This document shows positions 50,790 through 59,745 of a DNA stretch of 64,000 nucleotides, piece after piece. The DNA lies in NCBI GenBank assembly GCA_963662465.1, contig OY759599.1, positions 5,504,001 through 5,568,000 of the forward strand, in the 5' to 3' direction. Source of the stretch: Desulfatiglandales bacterium (GTDB lineage: Bacteria; Desulfobacterota; DSM-4660; Desulfatiglandales; Desulfatiglandaceae). Under the pieces are notes generated by a model that did not search any database, was not told where the DNA came from, and was given only the letters and a program-made list of their open reading frames with translations. How positions within the stretch are numbered: position 1 is the first letter of the stretch; the number at the start of each line of letters is the position of its first letter. A program made the position numbers and the translations under genes.

Positions 50790-50839
50790 TTTAAGAAAGA
50801 TTTAAGAAAGATTTAAGAAAGGTTTAAGAAAGGTTTAAG
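50790..50839. repeat. Tandem 11-mer (TTTAAGAAAGR) x ~4.5
   Basis: Directly visible. Confidence 0.9.
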
Positions 50840-50859
50840 TTTGAGAATGTATGAAACAT

Positions 50860-51120
50860 CCAACCGCCTGATCAGTAATGAAATCCAGAGGGGGCCATGT
50901 AGCAGCCGACCTGGCGGCCAGGCTGGGTAACAAAGTCGAGACTGCCCGTGAACTTTGTTACCGCTTCCACACCCTCTGCAAGCGCAAGAAGCGTGCGGCC
51001 GAGGCCCTTTTATATAACGGTCTGTTACAGAGCTGGCCGGAGATTGTGTGGCTGGCAGGGGAGCTCAAGGATGTGGGGATGAAGCAGGGGACCTGTTTGA
51101 AAATTAGTAGCAATGGGTAA
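50860..51120 (+). pseudogene. C-terminal fragment of a DUF1156-type adenine methylase
   Basis: ETARELCYRFHTLCKRKKRAAEALLYNGLLQSWPEI resembles the DUF1156-protein C-terminus. Confidence 0.65.
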
Positions 51121-51206
51121 TGCTTAGCGAAACCCGACCAAATATATTTCCTTTTCTAAATAAATGAGTGCAAAAACCACTCAATTGCATGGTATAATCA
51201 CGCAAA

Positions 51207-51555
51207 ATGGACACATTAAGTGAAATATTGTCTTCCCGTTCACGGGCTGCGATCTTCAAACTCCTTTTCAGTGGTACGGAAAGGGAGCTTCACATTCGCG
51301 AGATTCAACGTCGCTCCAGTCTAAATGACAGCACCATCCGGCAGGAGCTGAAAAAACTCGTCCGGTTGGATCTGGTTAAAGGGAGAAAAGACAGCAATCG
51401 GATTTATTATCGGGCCAACAGGGATCATCCTCTCTATCCGGATATTAGAAATCTGGCGGTCAAAACAAGCGGGATCGCCCACGTTCTGCGAAATGCGATG
51501 GTGGATAGACGGGTCCATGCGGCATTTGTGTTTGGGTCCATCGCCACCGGTGGGC
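51207..51555 (+). pseudogene. HTH plus minimal nucleotidyltransferase, truncated after the GS motif
   Basis: ELHIREIQRR...[17 protein letters not shown], then a junction. Confidence 0.65.
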
Positions 51556-51856
51556 GCACCAGCAGACATTTTCCAGTGACGACGCCGACCGGTCGCTGGA
51601 CTCCATGATGCGTCTACTTTCTGCTGTTTCCGCACCCCAGGCAGACGAGATAGGGAAGATGAAGCAGGAACTCAGGCGCTTGATTTTCGACGAGCAGATG
51701 CGCCATGAGAAACGAAAAACCGCTGTAACCGCCATTGAAAGCTCTGCCACGGGCCATCTTAAACCCTGGCGCGAGGTGGTCACCCCGCACAAGGATGTGG
51801 CCAGCGGCCGTTATCAGCGGGCCGAGTTCGCGGCCGACCTCTGGCAGGTACATCTT
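51556..51856 (+). pseudogene. Fragment of a Swt1-HEPN/DUF499-type AAA+ ATPase
   Basis: [16 protein letters not shown]...[31 protein letters not shown]. Confidence 0.72.
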
Positions 51857-51883
51857 TTGATATTGGGCAGATGTAATTTATTG

Positions 51884-52927
51884 TCAACCGCGCTGCAAGG
51901 GACGATCTTGTGTTACGCCGTAGGGTCGATTATCTTCGCCGACGATGGGAGCGCCATACCGGCTGACCATCTTTTCCGCTTCTGCAAGGATCTCTTCTCG
52001 CAGAGATTCTGGTTCAAGGACCTCAGCCTTTGATCCCCAGGTCATGATCCAGAATCTGATTTCTTCGGTCCCCGCAACTTCAGCTTCAAAGATGATGGAA
52101 CCATCATTCTGAAGGTGGATCTTCTGTGATTCGTGCCAGATCTTTTCTTTGATATAACCCGAAACATCCGGATGAAACCATACCTTTATATATACGGGCT
52201 CTCCTTGATACACCCCGAAGCTTGAACCCGTAAACTTCTCAAGGCTGAAATCCTCGGGGATTTCGAAGGTTTCTTTTGTTTGATGGAGCATCTTGATGCG
52301 GTCAAGGGCGAATATCCTGACTTCTTTTCTCGTGTGGCATAAACCGATCAGATAAAAAGTCCCGTTGAAAAACCAGATCCGGTAGGGGTCCACCCGGCGC
52401 CGGGACTCTTTCCTCCGGCTCATCGTGTAATAGACAATTTCGATGGATTTCCGATTGACGGCGGCATCGTTGACCCGGTTCAAAATCCCCTTGAATTTGC
52501 CGTATTCCTTATATGGCTTTACGCCCAGGTGAAGGGTCTGCTCCACATTTTTCAGATATTTAATGGATTCCTTGGGCAGGGTCGTCTTGACCTTCTGAAA
52601 AAGCGACTCCAATGAGTCATAAAATGCGGTATCTTTGAAGACTTTGAGCATGTCCCTTCCGAAATAAAGGGCCATCAACTCGGTGAGGTTGAACGGAACA
52701 GGGATCTGGTGTTTCACCGTATCCAGCAGGGACCAGAGGTTTTTGCCCTCCACTTTTTCGGTGTAGATGGGAAAGCCGGCTACCTGCAGCGCTTCAAGGT
52801 CCCGATAAAGGGTCCGGGGATGGCATTCCAAATCCGTGGCCAGTTCAGCAGCCGATTTTCCCATTTTGGATGAAACCAGAATCTGAATGATCTGCCACTG
52901 TCTGCCTAACTGATCGCCCCTGGCCAT
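51884..52927 (-). CDS. HTH-WYL-WCX transcriptional regulator
   Basis: [24 protein letters not shown]...FYLIG...[29 protein letters not shown]. Confidence 0.92.
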   Translation of the reverse strand: MARGDQLGRQWQIIQILVSSKMGKSAAELATDLECHPRTLYRDLEALQVAGFPIYTEKVEGKNLWSLLDTVKHQIPVPFNLTELMALYFGRDMLKVFKDTAFYDSLESLFQKVKTTLPKESIKYLKNVEQTLHLGVKPYKEYGKFKGILNRVNDAAVNRKSIEIVYYTMSRRKESRRRVDPYRIWFFNGTFYLIGLCHTRKEVRIFALDRIKMLHQTKETFEIPEDFSLEKFTGSSFGVYQGEPVYIKVWFHPDVSGYIKEKIWHESQKIHLQNDGSIIFEAEVAGTEEIRFWIMTWGSKAEVLEPESLREEILAEAEKMVSRYGAPIVGEDNRPYGVTQDRPLQRG

Positions 52928-53096
52928 GGATATCCTCCCTGAAATCCCTAATCTCTGGTTGGTGTCTGGAGAACATTTTTTAAAAGACTGAAAGATGTTT
53001 AAACAAAAAATACCGATTTTATCAACAAAATTAGCAATCTCATTACATTGAGTTTATGAAAAAAAACAAAATTTATTAAAAAAGATTCTCCAGTTG

Positions 53097-53128
53097 TGAC
53101 CGGATGTGTCAAAACCCTCTGCTAATAT
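53097..53128 (+). promoter_or_regulatory. Putative WYL-regulator box plus -10 (copy B)
   Basis: TGAC-CGGATGT-GTCA, and TGTCAA-N10-TAATAT, in the divergent WYL/ARPP-1 intergenic region. Confidence 0.65.
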
Positions 53129-53293
53129 ACCTGCCGGAAGAAGGTTTTTCACCGGCTGAATTATCCCGAACAGCAGGAATTTTACGAAGTATACAACTTG
53201 AAAAGGAGCTATTTGAAGGCGGTGGCACCATTGAAGGTGCTGATTGATTATGAATCTGATGAATTTAAAAGTGCAGGAAAGGAGGCAAACCAC

Positions 53294-54292
53294 ATGGATA
53301 CCGTTATCAATAATTATCTGGAACAGCTGAAAGTCGGCCGTAAACAATCCTATAAAAACCTTGCCCTTTACCCATTACTCTCAACATACAGCCTGGATTT
53401 GGAATACCTGCTGCTGGACGAGGCCCTGGGCGAAAACCTGATCGAGATCGTTGAAAAGGACAGTGACGGTTCCGTACCCGAACTGAGGGTCATGAACAAA
53501 TCCCCAAGAATGATTCTCATTCTGGACGGTGAAGAACTTGTGGGGGCTAAACAGAACCGGATTGTCAACACCACCATCCTGGTTCAGGGAAATGCCACGA
53601 TTGTCATCCCCGTGAGTTGTGTTGAGCATGGCAGGTGGTCTTATGACAGTCCCCAATTCCATAGCAAAGAAAGAATGATGTCATCCAATCTTCGCGCCAT
53701 GAAATCCGAACAGGTCAATTATTCCATCAGATCTTCGGGGGAATTCCGATCTGACCAGAGCGCTATATGGGATGGCATCGCTGAAAAAGCGACCAGGATG
53801 AGCGCTTCGTCTCCCACCGGCGCCATGGCGGCCATTTATGACAAAGAGAGACCCACTATCGAGGAATATGTGAAATCCTATAGTCTGATTGATTCGCAGG
53901 TAGGAGCCATCTTCATAATCAATGGCAAAGTGGCAGGATGGGATGCCTTTGGGAAACCGGGAACCTTTTCAAAGGTTTTCAAGAAGCTCCTTGAAAGCTA
54001 TGCTCTCGATGCCATCGACTGGTATGAACCGGACAAGGAACACAAGGCTCTCAAAAGCGAGGTTACCAAATTCCAGAAAGCAGCCCTAGCAGCCAGCACT
54101 GAAGGGCGACCGTCTGTGGGGTTGGGAACAGACTTCCGTATGGAATCCAAAAAAGTCACCGGCTTTGCCTTGGCCCTTGATGATCAGCTTCTCCACATCT
54201 CAATTTTTGCCAGGCCGGACAGCCAAAGCCGAGATACAGCTGATTCAAAAATTGAGAGGTTTTCGAGAAGAAGACGGAATCGAAGAGCATAG
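53294..54292 (+). CDS. ARPP-1 (DUF6569)-like protein
   Basis: GSVPELRVMN, LILDGEELVGAKQNRIVN, IPVSCVEHGRW, DQSAIW. AAGGAGG RBS before ATG 53294. Confidence 0.8.
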   Translation: MDTVINNYLEQLKVGRKQSYKNLALYPLLSTYSLDLEYLLLDEALGENLIEIVEKDSDGSVPELRVMNKSPRMILILDGEELVGAKQNRIVNTTILVQGNATIVIPVSCVEHGRWSYDSPQFHSKERMMSSNLRAMKSEQVNYSIRSSGEFRSDQSAIWDGIAEKATRMSASSPTGAMAAIYDKERPTIEEYVKSYSLIDSQVGAIFIINGKVAGWDAFGKPGTFSKVFKKLLESYALDAIDWYEPDKEHKALKSEVTKFQKAALAASTEGRPSVGLGTDFRMESKKVTGFALALDDQLLHISIFARPDSQSRDTADSKIERFSRRRRNRRA

Positions 54293-55594
54293 GGAAAATG
54301 GTTCAGCAAATAAGCACGGAATAAGAAAGCTGGATTCCAGAATCAATGGGAAAGTAGTCAACAAAAAGCCCGAAAATCGGTCTTTTTATCAGTTTTAAAT
54401 TGACATATACAGTAGCTGGGTGTAGGCAACAATATAAAGAATTCGTGAACCAAATTTCTTCTTTGATTCAATGAAAAAAAGAGGATTAAGGATGGTTTAT
54501 ATCGCGCCAAAAAACCCCGTTACTCTTGAACAGATGGAGAGCGGGGTTCTGTATTTTTGCCCCGCTATCCATCTGAAAGGTGTTTACCAATATGCATAAT
54601 GTTGAAAACACGTTTGCCCCAGGTGCAAGAATTGTCGTTCGAGATGCGGAATGGTTAATTCGCAGGGTGGACAGGACGTCTACCGGCGGGCAATCATTGA
54701 CCGTCGTGGGCATATCGGAACTGGTCAAAGATAAAGAGGCCATATTTCTGAATGAAATTGATAAGAATATTGAAATCCTCGATCCTGCTGAAACCAAGCT
54801 GATACCGGATACGTCCAGTTCTTATCAGGCCTCCCTGCTCTATATGGAAAGCCTGCTTCGACAAACGCCGCCGACCGATGAAAAATTGTATATCGGTCAC
54901 CGGGCCGCCATGGATAACGTCCCGTACCAGCTTGACCCGGCTATTCAGGCGTTGCAGCAACCCCGGCAGCGCATATTGATTGCCGATGCGGTCGGTCTTG
55001 GAAAGACCCTGGCCTGCGGTATTCTGGTAAGCGAGTTGATTCGTCGCGGAAAAGGTAAACGAATTCTGGTGCTGGCGGTCAAGAGCATGCTGACCCAGTT
55101 CCAGAAAGAGATGTGGGCACGGTTCACGATTCCTCTTGTCCGGCTTGATTCCGTCGGCATTCAGCGTGTCCGCAACCGCATCCCCACCAACCACAATCCC
55201 TTTTACTATTATGACAAATCGATCATCTCCATCGACACCCTGAAGCAGGATGCCGAGTATCGAACCTATCTGGAGAATGCCTATTGGGACATCATTGTCA
55301 TTGATGAAGCCCATAATGTGGCTGAGAGGGGGAAAGGGTCCTCTCAAAGGGCAAAACTTGCCAAGCTCCTTTCCGGTCGTTCAGATACCTTGATTATGCT
55401 GTCAGCCACGCCCCATGACGGCAAGGCCAGAAGTTTTGCCAGCCTCATGAACATGCTTGATCCCACCGCCATTGCAAATCCTGATGATTATGGACCGGAA
55501 GATATCAAGGGTCTCTTTATCCGCCGATTTAAAAAGGATATCCAGTCCCAGGTACAAAACGCTTTCAAAGAAAGAGAAATCAGTAAGGCTTATT

Positions 55595-57337
55595 GGCTCA
55601 TCGCGGATTAACGTGAAAAATCGATATTTCGAACCAAAGATGTCAGATGTCAAAAGCTCCGCGTATTCCTACACTCTGCGTGAGAATGCGCTTTGGACGC
55701 TCTGCGTCCACTGGGATAAGGCAATGAAGAGCTAATACAAGATGGCTACCGACGCAAGGCAGGACAGTTTCTCATTTGTATGAACCTTGATTGACTTGAT
55801 GACTTGATTTTTTATTCATGCTGCCGGCATCATCAAGGTTCAGGCGCTTACCTTGTTGACTTGATTTACTTAGGCGCTTGTTATTATGAGCTCTTTTAAA
55901 CTGTTGACTTTTTTGACTTATCGCGGAGTAACGCGAAAACCCGCGAATTGTGCGAGCGCCCGAAGCCTGAAGTTTGCAAAATTCCTGTAACCGTAAGCCG
56001 AGCGTATCATCGTCCTCAGTCCATTATTGAGCCCCTCGACAAAACCATTTGTGATTCGTTCGGTAAAATAATTGAGGATCTCCTTTCTCCAGTTTTTGAA
56101 TGTAGCAACAAATTTGAGCAGGTATTTGTTGCCTGTTCGTTTTGCTTTTAGAACCCATGCGTCCAAAAAACGGGCTGCTTTTTCTCTGCAATGGATTTTC
56201 TCGAATATGGTGCGGAATTCTTCTTTAAGCAGGTACAAGGCGCGAAGATCAGGGCATGTTTTCAGTATGTTATCCAGATGTTCCGTCTCCTTTGGTGACA
56301 GTTCAGCCCGATTGCGTACAAGTATCCAGCGGCTGCCTTTGAGTAGTTTTTTCATTTCATCAGAGCTTTCTTTCTGATATTTTGTGCGCAGCTGGGTCAG
56401 GCGCGTATTCAATTGTTTCATGACATGGAATCGGTCAACTACCACCTTCGCATGGGGCAGCTTGCTGCGGGCTGCTTGATCATAGGGCGCCCACATGTCA
56501 ATGGAAACAAAACGGATAGATTTTTTCTCCATAGGACTCAAGGCTTCTATCCAATTTTCCAGGGTTTTTTTCTCCCTGTCAGGCAGGATAGCGAGTATGC
56601 ATTTCCTATCAATATCAGAGATCACGAGTACGAATTGCTTGTGACGCTTTTTGATGGAAAGCTCATCAATTCCTAAGCCCCTGACAGGATAGGTGGCCGT
56701 AGATATCCGTTTCATTGCCGCCCAAAAGTTGAAGATATCTTTTACTGTAGAGTGGCTTAGCCCTTCATGAACTGCAACAGCCTTGCGGGTGCTTGTAAGA
56801 CAGGCCTGATAAATATGCTGTTCGAAGGTTATGGATTGCCTGCGGTGGGAATCTACGAAGGGCAATTCTTCTACAAAAGTCCGACCACAATCTTCGCATT
56901 TGAAACGGCGAGAAAGAAAATGTAGGACAGTCTTTTTGCCCCACACATCCAAATGACGAATAGATCGAGTTTCTTCTTGATGAATTTTCGTTGAAAGTGA
57001 GCCGCAATGTGGACACAAGGCAACCTCCTCGCGATGGGTACACCAAAGATGCAGAACTTCGTGTTCTCCTTCGCGACGAAGTGCAAACATCTTTACCCCG
57101 ATGCTTGCAATGCCCAACAATTCGGTCAGAGTTTCATCCGCAACTTCTTTGAATTCTTGCAGGGTAATTCGCTTCACGGACTTCGCAGCATCCTTTATAT
57201 AGGATGTAAAACGGGGTAGCAGTTTCATGGAAAATCCTCCTAATGAGCTTTTTCCATCCTATTTATACCTATTGGGGGAGAAAGTTCTCAAAAAAATGAC
57301 AGGCGAAACATTTTTTCACGTTAATCCGCGTTGAGCC
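55595..57337 (-). mobile_element. ISL3-family insertion sequence
   Basis: 26-bp IRs GGCTCAWCGCGGATTAACGTGAAAAA (1 mismatch). 8-bp target duplication GGCTTATT at 55587-55594 and 57338-57345. Confidence 0.93.
55918..57228 (-). CDS. ISL3-family transposase
   Basis: CPHCG/CEDCG zinc finger, GIDE, SIDMW, VDRFH, TNGFVEGLNN. Confidence 0.94.
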   Translation of the reverse strand: MKLLPRFTSYIKDAAKSVKRITLQEFKEVADETLTELLGIASIGVKMFALRREGEHEVLHLWCTHREEVALCPHCGSLSTKIHQEETRSIRHLDVWGKKTVLHFLSRRFKCEDCGRTFVEELPFVDSHRRQSITFEQHIYQACLTSTRKAVAVHEGLSHSTVKDIFNFWAAMKRISTATYPVRGLGIDELSIKKRHKQFVLVISDIDRKCILAILPDREKKTLENWIEALSPMEKKSIRFVSIDMWAPYDQAARSKLPHAKVVVDRFHVMKQLNTRLTQLRTKYQKESSDEMKKLLKGSRWILVRNRAELSPKETEHLDNILKTCPDLRALYLLKEEFRTIFEKIHCREKAARFLDAWVLKAKRTGNKYLLKFVATFKNWRKEILNYFTERITNGFVEGLNNGLRTMIRSAYGYRNFANFRLRALAQFAGFRVTPR

Positions 57338-59181
57338 GGCTTATTGTGAAGCCACCCATGCCGAAGAGATGGCATTCGATGTTTTTGTGGATTTGAAGTT
57401 TGAGAGGCTGGACCAGAGAAGCGGCGCCGGGCAGCTTTTTAAGACAACGCTTGAAAAAGCATTGTTTTCAAGTCCGGCCGCCTGTTTAATGACCATCAAG
57501 AACAGGATCAATCGGCTTCAAAAAGATGATGATCCTGATGCTGAAAAGGATATTGCCCGACTTGAAGAACTGGCGGATCAAGTGGAACAGATCACTCCTG
57601 AACAGTTTTCCAAATACCAGAAACTGCTTTCGGTTGTTCGGGATCAAAATCACGGCTATGGATGGACCGGCAAAGACAAAAAGGACAGGCTTGTCATTTT
57701 CACGGAACGGATTGAAACTCTGCATTTCCTGCATGAGCATTTAAAAAGGGATCTCAAGCTCAAGGACAAAGAGGTGGAGATCCTGCACGGCTCCATGCCG
57801 GATGTGGACCAGCAACGGATTGTTGAGGATTTCGGCAAAGAGGAAGCCCCGGTTCGCCTTCTGATCGCCTCCGATGTGGCCTCCGAGGGCATTAACCTTC
57901 ATTATCTAAGCCACAGGCTTATCCATTTTGATATCCCCTGGTCCCTCATGGTCTTTCAACAGAGAAACGGCAGGATCGACCGATACGGCCAGGAACATAC
58001 TCCCTACATTTTTTATCTGGTCAGCCAGAGCCATAACCCAAAGATCAAGGGAGACATGCGAATTCTTGAACTGCTGATCCGAAAGGATGAAGAGGCGGTC
58101 AAGAATATTGGTGATCCTTCTGCGCTGATGGGGGTCTATGATATCGATGCGGAAGAAAAAATCACCGCGGATGCCATTGAATCCGGGAAAAGTGACAGTG
58201 AGTTTGAACAGGATTTGATGGAGAAGGCCAAAGAGACCTTTGATCCCCTTGCATTACTACTGGGCGGAGCGACATCTCCCAAAGTAAAAGAGGCCGAAAC
58301 CAAAACCAGGGATCTGCCCTCTCTTTATCCGGATGACTACCATTATCTGAAAGAGGCAATCATGTTTCTGAAGCAAACCCAAAAGCTTCAGACTGATTTT
58401 CCTGCCAATGAACAGCAAATCATTATTACAGCCAACAAAGATCTCAAACACCGGCTCAAATATGTTTTCCCCCGGGAAGTCTGGCCGGATGACGATACCT
58501 TCGTTCTTTCCGCCGACCGCCAGGTGATCCAGGATGAAATAAAACGCAGTCGCAAGGATGAAAACGCCTGGCCCCGTATTCATTATCTATGGCCGCACAA
58601 CCCGGTGCTGGAATGGATTAACGACAAGGTTGTCTCAGGTTTCGGCAGGCACGAGGCCCCTGTATTAACCCTTTCGGATAAACTTGGAACAGGAGAGACG
58701 GTCTTTATCCTCTCCGGACTCATCCCGAACAGAAAAAGCCACCCGCTGGTTCAACGCTGGTTCGGCGTGACTTTTAAAGATACTGCCTTTCAACAAATCG
58801 AAACGTTCGAGAAATTGCTTGCCCGAACTGGTTTAGGAAAAACTAAAATTCCAAACCGGACCGAAAACATTGACATTGAAGCGCTTCAAGAGCTTTTGCC
58901 AAAGGCTGTCCAGCAGGCCAGGGATTATATGAGCGAGGAACGGAAAGCCTTTGAAGAAATCATTAACAAAAAACTCAACGAGCAGCTTCGCGCACTTGAA
59001 CGTTTGAAGGGGAAGCAGTACCGGCAACTTGAATTGTTCTACACGGATCAGCGGCAGTTGAGCAAAAAGGAACAGCACAGGCGAGAGATTGATCGCAAAT
59101 TTGATGAATTTATCGAATGGGTCGAAGACACCATGACCACTGAGAATAATCCCTTTATTCAGGTTGTCTCTGTTCTGTTTG

Positions 59182-59720
59182 GGTAACCACGAAATACACG
59201 AAAAACACGAAAAAGGCAAAATGGATATTGTTTACAAGAATGAGAGTTATTTGATTATCGGGGCCTGCTTTGAAGTTTACAAAGAAAAGGGATGTGGGTT
59301 TCTTGAATCTGTTTATCAGGAGTGCCTTGAAATTGAATTGGGGTTACAAAAGATACCGTTTGTACCACAAAAAATGTTGAAGATTGAATACAAAGGAATC
59401 CCACTTAAGAGCCGTTATGTTCCTGATTTTGTTTGCTTCGACAAAATCATTTTAGAAATCAAAGCCGTGACCGCCCTGGCGGGTGAACATAAGGCGCAAG
59501 TTCATAATTATCTGAAAGCAACGGGGCATAAACTCGGCTTGTTGGTCAACTTTGGGCATTACCCAAAACTGGAATATCACCGCATTGTGAAATAGATGGG
59601 AACGATGGTAACCACGAAATACACGAATTACACGAAAAGACAAAAAGGGTATTGCTTACAAGAATGAACCAACTCTGAAGCAACTCTTCCTTTTCGTGTT
59701 TTTCGTGTCTTTCGTGGTTA
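59182..59720. repeat. 9-bp-periodic CACGAA repeat blocks around the GxxExxY gene (two direct, one inverted)
   Basis: TAACCACGAAATACACGAAAAACACGAAAA at ~59184, a similar block at ~59609, and its reverse complement at 59691-59720. Confidence 0.85.
59221..59595 (+). CDS. GxxExxY protein (PD-(D/E)xK-like)
   Basis: GFLESVY motif, PDFVCFDKIILEIKA, GLLVNFG. Confidence 0.9.
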   Translation: MDIVYKNESYLIIGACFEVYKEKGCGFLESVYQECLEIELGLQKIPFVPQKMLKIEYKGIPLKSRYVPDFVCFDKIILEIKAVTALAGEHKAQVHNYLKATGHKLGLLVNFGHYPKLEYHRIVK

Positions 59721-59745
59721 AAATATTGTAGCTGGAGAGCAGTAT

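Larger units (their letters stand above)
54592..59186 (+). pseudogene. SNF2-family helicase (DrmD-like) interrupted by ISL3
   Basis: ADAVGLGKT, IDEAH and SATP in the 5' part; ASEGINL and QRNGRIDRYGQ in the 3' part. Excising the IS restores the frame SKAY-CEATHAEEMAF. Confidence 0.9.

Noticed and set aside
50790..50839. Short repeats as a CRISPR array
   Set aside because: Contiguous 11-mers without spacers, and no cas genes in the window. No CRISPR array was seen anywhere.
53130..53178. Hammerhead or three-way-junction ribozyme
   Set aside because: Lacks the CUGANGA/GAAA core, and the outer stem would begin upstream of the predicted TSS.
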